From positions 576,001 through 640,000 of the forward strand of contig CBDFLE010000005.1 in NCBI GenBank assembly GCA_965248925.1: 64,000 nucleotides of DNA, in the 5' to 3' direction. Position 1 is the first letter of the stretch; every line of letters starts with the position of its first letter. The notes beneath the pieces are model-generated. The model was given only the letters and a program-made list of their open reading frames with translations, was not told the DNA's origin and did no database searches. This document shows positions 19,014 to 29,573 of the stretch, piece by piece. The position numbers and the translations under genes are program-made. The stretch comes from Candidatus Multivoradales bacterium (lineage in GTDB: Bacteria; Acidobacteriota; Thermoanaerobaculia; Multivoradales; J023).

Positions 19014-19817
19014 TTAGACCGGATTGGCGATATCGACGAATTCGACTTCCAGCTTGAAACGCGCCGCCAAATGCTCGCCGAGGGCGCGGATGCCGAGGCG
19101 CTCGCTGGCGTAGTGGCCGGCGGCCAGGTAGTGGATGCGGGCTTCGCGGGCCAGGTTCATCACCCACTCTGTGGCTTCGCCGGTGATGAAGGCGTCGAGT
19201 CCAGCATCGATGGCTTCGTGCAAGCTATCCTGCGCTCCACCGCTGACAATACCGAGGCTGCTGATCTGCGCTGGGCCAGCGAGGAAAGCCAGGGGCTCTT
19301 GGGCGTACAGTCCAGCGGTCCGTCGACGAAGTTCTTGGGGCTCGATGGGGGTGGGGAAGCGGCCACTGAAGCCTACCGGTCGACCCTTGGCGAAGCCGAA
19401 GGGCTGTAGATTTTCGAGGCCCAAGGCGCGTGCTGCCAGCGCGTTGTTGCCCAATTCGGCGTGGGCGTCGAGGGGTAGGTGATAGGCGAAGAGATTGATC
19501 TCGCCGGCGATCAGCTCGCGCACCCGGCGGTATTGGATGCCGGTCAAGGCAGCTGGAGCGCCGTGCCAGAATATGCCATGGTGAACCAACACTGCATCAG
19601 CGCGCAACTCCCGAGCCCGCTGGAAGAGTTCTTGGCAGGAAGACACGGCGGTGACGATGCGGTAGATCCGTGGCCGACCTTCAACTTGTAGTCCATTGGC
19701 GCAGTAATCATCGTAAGGCCAGGCCAGGAGCTGGCTCAGGTGGTCTTCGAGCTGCTCGCGGGATACCCCCTGGGAGGTGCTCGGTGAGGGGCTATCCGGG
19801 GTTTCGCTGACTGTCAT
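19014..19817 (-). CDS. NIF3/YbgI-family dinuclear metal-centre protein
   Basis: DYCANGLQVEG, LVHHG, YHLPLDAH and AGHYASE motifs. Confidence 0.93.
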   Translation of the reverse strand: MTVSETPDSPSPSTSQGVSREQLEDHLSQLLAWPYDDYCANGLQVEGRPRIYRIVTAVSSCQELFQRARELRADAVLVHHGIFWHGAPAALTGIQYRRVRELIAGEINLFAYHLPLDAHAELGNNALAARALGLENLQPFGFAKGRPVGFSGRFPTPIEPQELRRRTAGLYAQEPLAFLAGPAQISSLGIVSGGAQDSLHEAIDAGLDAFITGEATEWVMNLAREARIHYLAAGHYASERLGIRALGEHLAARFKLEVEFVDIANPV

Positions 19818-19836
19818 CTGGCTACCTCTCCAAAGG

Positions 19837-20940
19837 CTAGGTCTGCCGTGGACCTAAGCTGTGATCCTGCTTCATCAGTCGTTGAACGTCAGCGAAAGCA
19901 GCTTGGTGGCTTAGGAAGCAGTCCACCACCACCGGATCGAAGTGTTTCCCGCGGTCGGCGCTGATCCGCCGAACCGCCTGCCCATGGCTGTAGGCTGGTT
20001 TGTAGGGCCGGGCGCTGGTGATCGCGTCGTAGGCGTCGGCTAGAGCCACAATCCGCGCCGCTAGCGGGATGTCTTCGCCAGCAATGCCGGCAGGGTAGCC
20101 ACCACCGTCCCAATGCTCGTGATGGCTGTAGGCGATCTCCATCGCCATGTTGAGAAAAGTGCGCCCGCTATAGCGCTGGAGCACTGAGCGCAAGGTGTCG
20201 CCGCCGATCTGCGTGTGGGTGTGCATCAGCAAGGTCTCTTCACTAGTCAGTGGACCGGGCTTGCGCAAGATGGCGTCGGGGATGCCTACTTTTCCGATGT
20301 CGTGCAATGGACTCGATTTGAACAGCCAGTTGACGAACAACTCATCGACCAGATGGGAATAAGGACCGTCCTTGAGACTCTGGGCCAGAATACGGCTGTA
20401 GGCGGCCATCCTCTCCAGATGAATACCGGTAGCGCTATCTCGCGACTCGGCCAGTTTGGCCAGGGTCAACAGGGCGATGTCGGTGGTGCGGCGGATCTCT
20501 TCGGTCTGCATCCGCACCATGTGCTCGAGATGCTCTTGGTAGTCGCGGTTTTCGTAAATCAGGTGACGACGCTCCAGCGCCCGATGCATGGTGTTGGATA
20601 AGTCATCGATGTCAAAGGGCTTTGGCAAGTAGTCGTAAGCGCCGCTGCGTAAAGCCTCGCGCACGGTGTCGAAGTCCTGATAGCCGGAGACCATCACCAC
20701 CTGAAGGTCCTCGTTAATGTGGCGCACTTGCTGCAGCAGCTCGAGTCCGGAACACCCTGGCATCTCGATATCTAGGATCAATATGGCGGGAGAATTGTCG
20801 CCACCAGCCAGCGCCAAAGCTTCTTGACCGTCGGCAGTGTGGCGGGCGGTGATGCCCAAGTGACCGAGTTGGGCGACTAGAACTTCGCGGAAAACCGCCT
20901 CATCGTCAACTACCAAGACCCAATCACTGTGGCTACCCAT
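19837..20940 (-). CDS. REC + HD-GYP c-di-GMP phosphodiesterase (RpfG-like)
   Basis: Receiver LDIEMPG, LHDIGKVGIPD and HHEHWDGGGYP. The likely start is ATG 20940, downstream of the pnp terminator. Confidence 0.92.
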   Translation of the reverse strand: MGSHSDWVLVVDDEAVFREVLVAQLGHLGITARHTADGQEALALAGGDNSPAILILDIEMPGCSGLELLQQVRHINEDLQVVMVSGYQDFDTVREALRSGAYDYLPKPFDIDDLSNTMHRALERRHLIYENRDYQEHLEHMVRMQTEEIRRTTDIALLTLAKLAESRDSATGIHLERMAAYSRILAQSLKDGPYSHLVDELFVNWLFKSSPLHDIGKVGIPDAILRKPGPLTSEETLLMHTHTQIGGDTLRSVLQRYSGRTFLNMAMEIAYSHHEHWDGGGYPAGIAGEDIPLAARIVALADAYDAITSARPYKPAYSHGQAVRRISADRGKHFDPVVVDCFLSHQAAFADVQRLMKQDHSLGPRQT

Positions 20941-20990
20941 CGGTCCCTCGATTCGAAACGATCCACTTTTCAGACCGCGCAAGAATAACG

Positions 20991-21030
20991 AAAAAAGCTC
21001 CGGACGGCCCATTCTTCGCCGTCCGGAGCT
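20991..21030 (-). terminator. Rho-independent terminator of pnp
   Basis: 13-bp stem AGCTCCGGACGGC/GCCGTCCGGAGCT followed by a T-run on the minus strand. Confidence 0.85.
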
Positions 21031-21049
21031 ACAAGTATACAGCTAAGGT

Positions 21050-23308
21050 CTAGCGGTTGCCGCTATGCGGCGGTCTGCCGCCGCGCCCACCCCGTCCACC
21101 CCGTCCCCGAGGCGGCCTGCCGCCGCGCGGTCCACGACCCCGAGGCGGGCGTCCGCCACCGCCGCTGGGCTCCTCGTCGTCGCCCATCCGAGCGTGCTCG
21201 TCTTGGGCCGGATCGTAGTTCGGATCCTCGAGCAAGACAGCCTTGCGCGACAAGCGGATCTTGCGGCCATCGGAGTCGATTTCCAGCACTTTGACCTTGA
21301 CCGGGTCGCCCTCGCGGAGGATCGCCGAGACTTCGCGGACCCGGAAGGGAGCGAGTTCACTGACGTGCAGCAAGCCCTCGGTGCCGGGCAGAATCTCGAC
21401 GAAGGCGCCAAATGACTCGACCCGGGTCACCAGGCCGTCGTAGGTCTTGCCGACTTCGGGGACCTCGGTCAACTTCTCGATGATCTCGATCGCCCGCCGG
21501 GCGCTGGTGCCGTCCGGTGCCGCCACCGTGACCTTGCCATCGTTGGCAATCTCGACCTCGCAGCCGGTCTCTTCCTGGATCGAGCGGATGGTCTTGCCAC
21601 CAGGGCCGATGATGTCGCGAATCTTGTCGCGCTCGATCATCAGGTTGAACAGTCGTGGTGCACGCGGCGAGATCTCCTCGCGTGGTGCGGCGATCTCTGT
21701 CTCCATGATGTCGAGGATGTGGTTGCGGCCTGCTTTGGCCTGCTCCAGCGCCTGCCCCATGATCGCCCGATCGACACCGGCGATCTTAATGTCCATTTGC
21801 AAGGCGGTGATGCCGTCGCGGGTTCCGGCGACTTTGAAGTCCATGTCGCCGTGGGCATCTTCCTGGCCGGCGATGTCGCTCATCACGGCGAACTTATCGC
21901 CTCGCTTGATCAGACCCATGGCGATGCCGGCGACCGGCGCTAACATCGGCACGCCAACGTCGAATAAGGCCAACGAACCGCCGCAGACGGTAGCCATCGA
22001 CGAGGATCCGTTGGACTCCATGATGTCCGACACCACACGCACGGTGTAGGGGAAGTCGTCTTCGTGGGGCAGCACCGGATTTAGAGCCCGGCGAGCGAGC
22101 ACCCCGTGACCGATCTCACGGCGGCTGGGACCGCGCAAGAAGCGCACTTCGCCGACCGAGAAGGGAGGGAAATTGTAGTGCAGGAGGAACTTCTGCAGCG
22201 ACTCGCCATCGTAGCCTTCGATGATCTGGGCATCGCGACGAGTGCCGAGGGTGGTGGTGACCAGAGCTTGGGTTTCGCCGCGGGTAAAGAGCGCCGAGCC
22301 ATGCGTGCGGGGGAGCAAGCCGGTCTGCACCTCGATGTCGCGGACCTCGTCAAGGCGGCGCCCGTCGAAGCGCGTTTGACGCTCGAGTACGGCCTCGGCG
22401 AGCAGCTCTTCTTCGAGCTTCTTGAGCGCCTTCTTGATCTGGGTGCGCTTGTCCTCGTCCTCTTCCGGGACGTTCGCCAAGAATCCCTCGACGACTTTCT
22501 TGACCGCTGATTTACGCTCGAACTTGCCGCTGGTGTGCAAGGCGTCGCGAAGGTCGCCTAAGATCGCCGCCTTGAGCTCGTCGTAGGTCTCCTGGGTGTA
22601 GGCCACCGGGGTCTTCCAGAAGGGTTTCTGCAGGCCAGCCTGGCGGAAGAGTTCGTGCTGGGCGTGGATGACCTTCTGCAACTCCTGATGACCACGGAAG
22701 ATGCAATCTAGAATCAGGTCTTCAGGCAACTGATTGGCTCCGGCTTCGACCATCGCAATGGCTTCCTCGGTGCCGACCACGATCAGGTCGAGATCCGAGA
22801 CCTCGCGCTCGCTGTTGGTGGGGTTGAACACCACCTCGCCGTCAATCAGGCCCACCCGGACCGCGCCGACCGGGTTGTAGAATGGGATGTCCGAAAGCAC
22901 TAGCGCGGTCGACGAACCATTGATCGCCATGATGTCGGGATCATTCTCGCCATCGGCCGACAAGACCATCGAAATGATCTGCGTCTCACCGAAATAGCCT
23001 TCCGGAAAGAGCGGCCGCAGTGGGCGGTCGATCAGCCGGCAGGAGATAATTTCTTTCTCTGTCGGACGGCCCTCGCGCTTGAAGAAGCCACCGGGGATCC
23101 GGCCTGCTGCCGAAGCTCCCTCACGGTAGTCAACGGTCAGCGGCAGAAATGGGCGCGGCGCGGTCAGGTCGCCGGACATGCACGCGGTGGTCAGCACCAC
23201 GGTGTCGCCGCAGCGGACGATGCAGGAGCCGTTAGCTTGCTTGGCGATGTGCCCACTCTGCAGCACCATGCTGCTATTGCCGATGGCGATTTCTTTCTGA
23301 AGCCTCAT
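21050..23308 (-). CDS. pnp: Polyribonucleotide nucleotidyltransferase
   Basis: RIPGGFFKREG, RREIGHG, SNGSSSMA, GDMDFKVAGT, KH and S1 domains; position after rpsO. Confidence 0.98.
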   Translation of the reverse strand: MRLQKEIAIGNSSMVLQSGHIAKQANGSCIVRCGDTVVLTTACMSGDLTAPRPFLPLTVDYREGASAAGRIPGGFFKREGRPTEKEIISCRLIDRPLRPLFPEGYFGETQIISMVLSADGENDPDIMAINGSSTALVLSDIPFYNPVGAVRVGLIDGEVVFNPTNSEREVSDLDLIVVGTEEAIAMVEAGANQLPEDLILDCIFRGHQELQKVIHAQHELFRQAGLQKPFWKTPVAYTQETYDELKAAILGDLRDALHTSGKFERKSAVKKVVEGFLANVPEEDEDKRTQIKKALKKLEEELLAEAVLERQTRFDGRRLDEVRDIEVQTGLLPRTHGSALFTRGETQALVTTTLGTRRDAQIIEGYDGESLQKFLLHYNFPPFSVGEVRFLRGPSRREIGHGVLARRALNPVLPHEDDFPYTVRVVSDIMESNGSSSMATVCGGSLALFDVGVPMLAPVAGIAMGLIKRGDKFAVMSDIAGQEDAHGDMDFKVAGTRDGITALQMDIKIAGVDRAIMGQALEQAKAGRNHILDIMETEIAAPREEISPRAPRLFNLMIERDKIRDIIGPGGKTIRSIQEETGCEVEIANDGKVTVAAPDGTSARRAIEIIEKLTEVPEVGKTYDGLVTRVESFGAFVEILPGTEGLLHVSELAPFRVREVSAILREGDPVKVKVLEIDSDGRKIRLSRKAVLLEDPNYDPAQDEHARMGDDEEPSGGGGRPPRGRGPRGGRPPRGRGGRGGRGGRPPHSGNR

Positions 23309-23576
23309 ATAAAAACCTTGTTCCTTTAGCGCTCACCTTTCGGGTGGCGGCTGGTAGCGATGTGGGTAGGCTAGCTTGCCGCTGGCCCTCAGCTGACTCA
23401 CGATTCGAAGGTCCGCAGAGCACTCTGAACCGGGCCCGTCAGGCCGCAACATCCATGTTCCGGCGCCGCTTTACGGGTGCGAGAATCCACACTCGGATTC
23501 CCCAGTAGCTGTTGGCCATTGAGGCGGCAATGCCTCCCTTGTGGTGCCCTCCATCGGGCCCACGGTTGGGCAGGAG

Positions 23577-23846
23577 CTATTTGCGCAGGCCCAGGCGCTC
23601 AAGAGTTGAGCGGTAGCGCGCGATGTCAATGCTCATCAGGTAGTCCAGCAGCCGGCGACGGCGGCCGACCAGCTTGAGCAAGCCACGGCGGCTGTGATGA
23701 TCGTGCTTGTGCACCTTGAAGTGCTCCGTAAGCTCGATAATGCGATGGGTGAGGAGGGCGATTTGCACCTCCGGTGATCCGGTGTCTCCATCGTGGACCC
23801 GAAAGTCCTCGATGATCTTCGACTTGACGTCGGTTGTCTGAGCCAA
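23577..23846 (-). CDS. rpsO: 30S ribosomal protein S15
   Basis: [13 protein letters not shown]...[20 protein letters not shown]; TTG start after AAGGAG gives 89 aa. Confidence 0.98.
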   Translation of the reverse strand: MAQTTDVKSKIIEDFRVHDGDTGSPEVQIALLTHRIIELTEHFKVHKHDHHSRRGLLKLVGRRRRLLDYLMSIDIARYRSTLERLGLRK

Positions 23847-23919
23847 GTTTCTGCTCCTTTGGCGCTTCACGGCCAGGGTTGCGGTTTGCGGTTAAAGTTT
23901 CTAAGTAGTTTGCTGATTT

Positions 23920-24831
23920 TTAGCGGTGGAAAACGACTTTCGGTTGCACGACGCCGACATTGCCTGAGCCGATGCGTTCGACCACCGAGCCGACGGCGAT
24001 CAGTTCGCTGCGCATGTTGACCAGTTTGATCCAGTCCCCCTCTTGGCGATCGAGTTCGCGCACTAAGACACTCTGCCCGTGCTGAATGCGGCGCTCCTGC
24101 TGGGCATCGGTGATCACTTCATCGAAAGGCAAGGAGATGTCGTCAAAGGGGACGAACGCCTCGCCGAACGACTGGTCCGCTTCGAGCCGCTGACCGAGGG
24201 TATCCAAGTCAATCGCCTCGGCAAGCTTGAAGACCCCGATCTGAGTCCGTTCTAGGCTACTCAAGCATCCTCCGCAACCAAGCTGCTGTCCCAACTCGTG
24301 GGCCATGCTGCGGGCATAGGTGCCAGAGGAGCAGGCCAGCTCAAAGCGTAGATCTTTACCAGCTTGCCAAGGCGGCTCAGAATTTAGCTCATAAATGGTG
24401 ACTTCTTTCTTGTCATCCGGCACCGGCTCGCCACGCCGCGCCAGCTCGTAGTACTTGACGCCGCCAATTTTCTTGGCACAGTAAGGGGGGGGCGTTTGTA
24501 GTTGAATACCGACGTACTCAGCCAATGCCGCCTCGACCTGCTCGGCGGTCAAATCCTCGGTGGACTGCTGGTGAGTTACCTCGCCTTGCAGATCGTAGGT
24601 GTCCGTCACGGTGCCAAAGCGCACCGTGCCTCGGTAGCGCTTGGGAGCCCGGATCAAAAAGCGGGTCAGCCGGGTGGCGCGCCCCAGAGTCAGCAGTAAG
24701 AGCCCGGTGGCATCTGGATCCAGGGTGCCACAGTGGCCTATTTTCTTTTGCCGCACCAGGCGCCGCGCCTGCACCACCACATCGTGCGAGGTACAACCCG
24801 ACGGTTTGTTGATCAGCAACAGTCCGTCCAT
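23920..24831 (-). CDS. truB: tRNA pseudouridine(55) synthase
   Basis: INKPSGCTSHDVV, GHCGTLDPDATG and CSSGTYARS. Confidence 0.97.
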   Translation of the reverse strand: MDGLLLINKPSGCTSHDVVVQARRLVRQKKIGHCGTLDPDATGLLLLTLGRATRLTRFLIRAPKRYRGTVRFGTVTDTYDLQGEVTHQQSTEDLTAEQVEAALAEYVGIQLQTPPPYCAKKIGGVKYYELARRGEPVPDDKKEVTIYELNSEPPWQAGKDLRFELACSSGTYARSMAHELGQQLGCGGCLSSLERTQIGVFKLAEAIDLDTLGQRLEADQSFGEAFVPFDDISLPFDEVITDAQQERRIQHGQSVLVRELDRQEGDWIKLVNMRSELIAVGSVVERIGSGNVGVVQPKVVFHR

Positions 24832-24833
24832 GA

Positions 24834-25862
24834 TCAGCTAGCTCCGTGCGAGTCTTGCTCGGTCGAGGACTCTCGGTTGGTGGCTTCTTCGAGACTAGAA
24901 CAGAGGCTCTTGAGGGTGTTGCGCAATAACTCGTCCCGGCTCATCTCAGAACTGAAACCGGCGGCATTGTGATGGCCACCGCCGCCATACTTGCGGGCTA
25001 TTTTCTCAACATCAGCGCCGCCCGCGCTGCGCAGCGAAGCTTTGAAGCCGCCGTCTTCAAGCTCGCGGAAAAGGGCCACTGCTTCGACTCCGGCAATCGC
25101 TCGCGGCGTATCCACCAAACCCTCGGTGTGAGCTTTGCTAGCGCCGCTGCGACGCATCATGTCCTGGGTCAGCCAGGCGGTGGCGACGCGGCCCTCGAAA
25201 TGCATTTCAAGGGTACCTAGCATTTCTCCCAAGAGGCGAATTGCCGGTTCGGGCTGGGACTCATAAAGCCACTGGGAAACGGTATCTGGCGAAGCGCCGG
25301 CGCGCACCAAGGCGGCGGCCGATTCGAAAGTCTCAGGAGTGGTGTTGGAGTAGCGAAACCCACCGGTGTCGGTCACCAGGGTCAGATAGAGGCAATTGGC
25401 GGTGTCGACATCCAGAGGAATGTTCAGCATCTGGGCGAGTCGGAAGACCATCTCGCCCACCGCGGGTGCGGCGGTGTCGACCCAATTGACCACCCCGTAG
25501 AGTTCGTTGCCGAGATGGTGATCGATATTGATCACCTCGATCTCAGCAAGTGCCTCTGCATGGCCGCAGCGCTGTGGGCTCGGACATTCGAGAACGATGG
25601 CCGCGCTGTAAAGCTCGGGGAAACCGACCGGCGGATCGGAGCCGACGTGAATGGAGGCCGAGCCGGCCAGCGGGGTGTAGATTTCGGGGGTGGTGTCCTG
25701 GTTCCAAATCGTCGAGCCTTTGCCCAGCCGGCGGAGCACCCGTGCCAAACCCAGCTCTGAGCCGATGGCGTCGCCGTCGGGGTTGACGTGACTGGTCAGC
25801 AGGAAGCGGTTGCCGTTGCGAATCTTGGCGAGCAGAGCTTCCGGAACTTTAGGAGAGGTCAT
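24834..25862 (-). CDS. nrnA: DHH/DHHA1 nano-RNase/pAp phosphatase
   Basis: HVNPDGDAIGS, IDHH, TDTGGF, SLRS and GGGH motifs; located between rbfA and truB. Confidence 0.9.
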   Translation of the reverse strand: MTSPKVPEALLAKIRNGNRFLLTSHVNPDGDAIGSELGLARVLRRLGKGSTIWNQDTTPEIYTPLAGSASIHVGSDPPVGFPELYSAAIVLECPSPQRCGHAEALAEIEVINIDHHLGNELYGVVNWVDTAAPAVGEMVFRLAQMLNIPLDVDTANCLYLTLVTDTGGFRYSNTTPETFESAAALVRAGASPDTVSQWLYESQPEPAIRLLGEMLGTLEMHFEGRVATAWLTQDMMRRSGASKAHTEGLVDTPRAIAGVEAVALFRELEDGGFKASLRSAGGADVEKIARKYGGGGHHNAAGFSSEMSRDELLRNTLKSLCSSLEEATNRESSTEQDSHGAS

Positions 25863-26196
25863 CTAAATCCTCCAGCAGATCACTGATGTTCTGACTATGC
25901 TCGGCACCGCGGTCGAGCACGAATTCGAGTTCGGGCACCCTGCGCAGTCGGACTCGCCGGGCGAGCCGGCTGCGCACAAAACCACTGGCCCGCTTGAGTG
26001 CTTCGACACTTTCCAGGCGGGCCGCTTCGTCGCCGAAGGCGGAAACCCGGATCTGGGCATGGCCAAGATCGCCGCTGACTAACACGCCGGATATGGTAGT
26101 CAGTTCCCCGACCCGTGGATCCTTGACGTCCTGGCGGATGATCTGGGCCAGGTTGGCGCGGATGAGGTCGCCGACACGATCAGTGCGCTGGCTCAA
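25849..26196 (-). CDS. rbfA: Ribosome-binding factor A
   Basis: VKDPRV...LRRVPELEFVLD; TTG start after GGAGG. Confidence 0.95.
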   Translation of the reverse strand: MSQRTDRVGDLIRANLAQIIRQDVKDPRVGELTTISGVLVSGDLGHAQIRVSAFGDEAARLESVEALKRASGFVRSRLARRVRLRRVPELEFVLDRGAEHSQNISDLLEDLDDLS

Positions 26197-26486
26197 CCCA
26201 TTTCCTCCAAGAGTTGGGGATCCCACCGCAACAAGACGGCTTCAGGCTCACTGTCGATCAACTCGCGGATGGAATCCATCATGCGCTGGTTCTCACCACC
26301 GTTCTGGGTTACCGCGGCGAGGGTGACCTCGGCGCGTTGACGCAAATCGTGAAAGTCGGTCTCGGCGATCGACACCCGGAAGCGCCGATGAATGCGCTCG
26401 ATCAGGCTCTTCAACACTCTGCGCTTTTGCTTCAAGCTGCGCGAGTGCGGCATTTGCAGTTCGAAGACCGATATTCCGATGACCAA
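26193..26486 (-). CDS. DUF503 (YlxP-like) protein
   Basis: SRSLKQKRRVLKSL...FRVSIAE; conserved position between infB and rbfA. Confidence 0.88.
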   Translation of the reverse strand: MVIGISVFELQMPHSRSLKQKRRVLKSLIERIHRRFRVSIAETDFHDLRQRAEVTLAAVTQNGGENQRMMDSIRELIDSEPEAVLLRWDPQLLEEMG

Positions 26487-26780
26487 ATCTTGCGTCCAGG
26501 TGCCGCCGCCCTTATGGACTCCCCACAGCGCCGGCGAGCCGGCAGCAGCTTCCCTGAAGAGTGAACGGCCGTGCTGCGAGAGCGTGGCGATCACTCTTGA
26601 AGGAGAGGGTCAGAGGCGGAGAACACTGTCATTCCGGCGGCGCTGATCGGCCGTCGTGCTCAGATCCGTGGTATCGACAACTGGCGATCACCGCGGGGAG
26701 CGACTTGTCGACGGGCCAGGGTCACCGCTCGCATTAGGCGATGGCGTCCACGAGCCCGGGCGTCGAGGTAGTTGTACTAC

Positions 26781-26850
26781 AAAAAACGGTCAGAAGCCAG
26801 CGCCTTGTCGAATTCTCGTCCAACGCGGCGCTGGCTCGGTGACGAGCCGT
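26781..26850 (-). terminator. Long stem-loop with T-run downstream of infB
   Basis: AGCCAGCGCC...GGCGCTGGCT stem extended by ACGG/CCGT, followed by TTTTT on the minus strand. Confidence 0.55.
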
Positions 26851-26856
26851 GCCGGG

Positions 26857-29517
26857 CTAGAGGACCCCCGCAACCTCCTTGCGCATATAGCCCTCGATCA
26901 AGTCACCAGGTTTGAGGTCCTGGAAATGATCGAGGCCGATGCCGCACTCGAAGCCGTTGCGGACCTCGGAGGCATCGTCCTTGAATCGGCGTAGGGAGGT
27001 GATCTTGCCTTCGTAGACCACTCGGTTATCGCGCAGTACACGGGCCAGGGAGTTGCGGACAACGGTGCCATCGATCACATGACAGCCAGCGATGACGCCG
27101 ATCTTCGGCACTTTGAAAGTCTCGCGTACTTCGGCGGTTCCCTGCTGCACCTCCTCGAAAGTCGGTTCCAGGAGACCAGTCATGGCATTGCGGATTTCGT
27201 CGGCAAGCTCGTAGATGACGGTGTGCAGGCGAATGTCGACTTGCTCCTTGCCAGCCAACATCTTGGCATTGCGTTCAGGTCTGACATTGAAACCGACGAT
27301 GATCGCAGTTGACGCCGATGCCAAGACCACATCGTTGGTGGTCACCGCTCCGACACCGCCGTGAATCATCCGCACCTGTACCTTCTCGGTAGAGAGTTTC
27401 TCCAAGGTATCTCGCAAGACTTCCAAAGAGCCGTGTACATCGGCTTTGACCACCACCAACAGCTCTTTGGTCTCCCCTAGTTCGATCTGGTCGAAGAGCT
27501 GGTCCAGAGACATCCGGCCTGGTTGCGGAGCCAGTTCCCGTTGCCGCTCTTCCCGGCGGCGGAAATCGGCGATGGAGCGGGCCTTCGATTCGTCGGCAAC
27601 TGCCTGCATCGCGTCGCCGGCCGCCGGTAGCTCATTGAATCCCGTCACCTCGACCGGGGTAGCCGGTGGCGCGCTGTCAATCCGCTTGCCGTCTTGATCG
27701 GTCATCGACCGCACCCGGCCCCAGGTGGCACCGGTAACGAAGGCGTCGCCGATCCTCAGGGTTCCGTCCTGGACCAGCACCGTGGCGACGATGCCGCGAC
27801 CGACTTCCTTACGCGATTCCAACACAGCGCCTTGGGCGGGAAGGGAAGGCGAAGCCTTGAGTTCCAACATGTCGGCGTTGAGATGGATCATCTCCAGCAG
27901 CTCGGGAACCCCATCCCCCTTCAAGGCCGAGATCGGCACCGCGACGATGTCGCCACCCCAATCCTCGACCAACAGCCCCTTGTCGGACAGCTCTTTCTTG
28001 ACTCGGTCGGGGTTAGCGTTGTCGCGGTCGATCTTGTTGATGGCTACAATCAACGGCACGTTGGCGGCCCGGGAGTGATCGATCGCCTCCAAGGTCTGCG
28101 GCATGACGCCATCGTCGGCACCCACCACCAGCACCACCAAGTCGGTGATCTTGGCGCCGCGGGCACGCATCAAGGAGAACGCCTCGTGGCCCGGCGTATC
28201 GAGGAAGACGAGCCTGCCACCGCTCTTGGTCCGGACCTCATAGGCCCCAATATGCTGGGTGATTCCACCAGCCTCGCCGGCGGCAACCCGAGTGGAGCGG
28301 ATGGTGTCGAGCAGAGTGGTCTTACCGTGATCAACGTGACCCATGACGGTGATCACTGGCGCTCGCGGTTCCTTCGGTGCCTCCGACTGCTCTGCGGTCT
28401 CCTCGTGCTGCAGTTGGACTTCTTCCTCGAACGAGACCTCCATGGTCTCGACCCCCAACTCCTCGGCCACCTCGCTGGCGGTTGCCACATCGAGCACATG
28501 GTTGATGGTCACCAACATGCCACGGCCCATCAAGATCTTGATCAGATCTTTGGTCTTGATGCCGAGCTTGTCGGAGAAGTCCCGTACCGTCATGCCTTCG
28601 GTGAGGGTCACCGCGCCGCCAGGACGATCTTCCCTAAATTGGATCTGACCAGTCTGCGGGCCCAATTCCTCACGCTTCTTGGCGCGGCGCTTGCCGCGCT
28701 CGGAAACCGGCTCTAGAGGAGCTACCGGTTCGCTGGGAGTGAAGCGACGCTGTGGCCCGTCGTAGCGACGACCGCCGCGGCCGCGGGCCCGATGACGACC
28801 TCTCGGCGGCCTTCCCGGCGGGCCCGCAGGGCGTGGTCCAGGGCGAACCCTGGAGGGGCCTGGGCGGGTACTTGCGGGGGGGCTCACTGGCGCACCAGTG
28901 CCCCTTTCGATCAGGCGCGCGCGGATCTTGCTGCGCGGTGGCTTGAGCGCTTCCGGTGCCTGGGCCGCGGGTGCGGCCGGGCTCGCTGGCGCCGTGGCGC
29001 TAGGAGTGGGTGTCTCCTTGGTTGCGGGCTTGGCCGTGGCTGGTTCCGTGGTCGCCGGTTGGGCGGTGGTTGCCGCGGCAACGGTCGGAGCGACGGCAGC
29101 GGCCGCCTGGGCAGCCTCGGCGGCGGTCGGCACGGCCGCCGTGCTCTTGGTTGGTGCCGCGCTCGCAGCTGGTGGCGCGGCTGCCGCCGTGATCTCGCTC
29201 AGCGGCCGATCCAGGGTGCGAATCCGGGAGTCGACCCGCTGCACCAATGAACGCCTTGGCGGTTTCATGGCGGCGGCCGCTAGCCTAGTCGGTTGGCGCA
29301 CTGCCTCGACTGCCGCTTCCTCGGTTGAGTCGTCGCGCAGAATCACTTCCCGTGGCTGGGGCAGGCGCTTGCCTTGCATGATTGCCTTGATGATATCGGC
29401 ATCGATCAACGAGTCCTCACCATCAAGGCGAACACCGATTGAGCGCAACTTGAACAGGAGATCCTGCTCGGCCATGCCCATTTTCTGGGCCAGATCCTTA
29501 ACCGGAATCTTACTCAT
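26857..29517 (-). CDS. infB: Translation initiation factor IF-2
   Basis: [21 protein letters not shown] and GFECG motifs. Confidence 0.98.
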   Translation of the reverse strand: MSKIPVKDLAQKMGMAEQDLLFKLRSIGVRLDGEDSLIDADIIKAIMQGKRLPQPREVILRDDSTEEAAVEAVRQPTRLAAAAMKPPRRSLVQRVDSRIRTLDRPLSEITAAAAPPAASAAPTKSTAAVPTAAEAAQAAAAVAPTVAAATTAQPATTEPATAKPATKETPTPSATAPASPAAPAAQAPEALKPPRSKIRARLIERGTGAPVSPPASTRPGPSRVRPGPRPAGPPGRPPRGRHRARGRGGRRYDGPQRRFTPSEPVAPLEPVSERGKRRAKKREELGPQTGQIQFREDRPGGAVTLTEGMTVRDFSDKLGIKTKDLIKILMGRGMLVTINHVLDVATASEVAEELGVETMEVSFEEEVQLQHEETAEQSEAPKEPRAPVITVMGHVDHGKTTLLDTIRSTRVAAGEAGGITQHIGAYEVRTKSGGRLVFLDTPGHEAFSLMRARGAKITDLVVLVVGADDGVMPQTLEAIDHSRAANVPLIVAINKIDRDNANPDRVKKELSDKGLLVEDWGGDIVAVPISALKGDGVPELLEMIHLNADMLELKASPSLPAQGAVLESRKEVGRGIVATVLVQDGTLRIGDAFVTGATWGRVRSMTDQDGKRIDSAPPATPVEVTGFNELPAAGDAMQAVADESKARSIADFRRREERQRELAPQPGRMSLDQLFDQIELGETKELLVVVKADVHGSLEVLRDTLEKLSTEKVQVRMIHGGVGAVTTNDVVLASASTAIIVGFNVRPERNAKMLAGKEQVDIRLHTVIYELADEIRNAMTGLLEPTFEEVQQGTAEVRETFKVPKIGVIAGCHVIDGTVVRNSLARVLRDNRVVYEGKITSLRRFKDDASEVRNGFECGIGLDHFQDLKPGDLIEGYMRKEVAGVL

Positions 29518-29573
29518 ACCTACGGGGGCTCCTCCCCTTGGAAAATCTTCCTGGCGGTTGGCCAGGAAGATTT

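Noticed and set aside
21050-21190. RGG-rich tail of PNPase and Pro/Ala/Arg-rich IF-2 linker
   Set aside because: These are common low-complexity extensions in these families.
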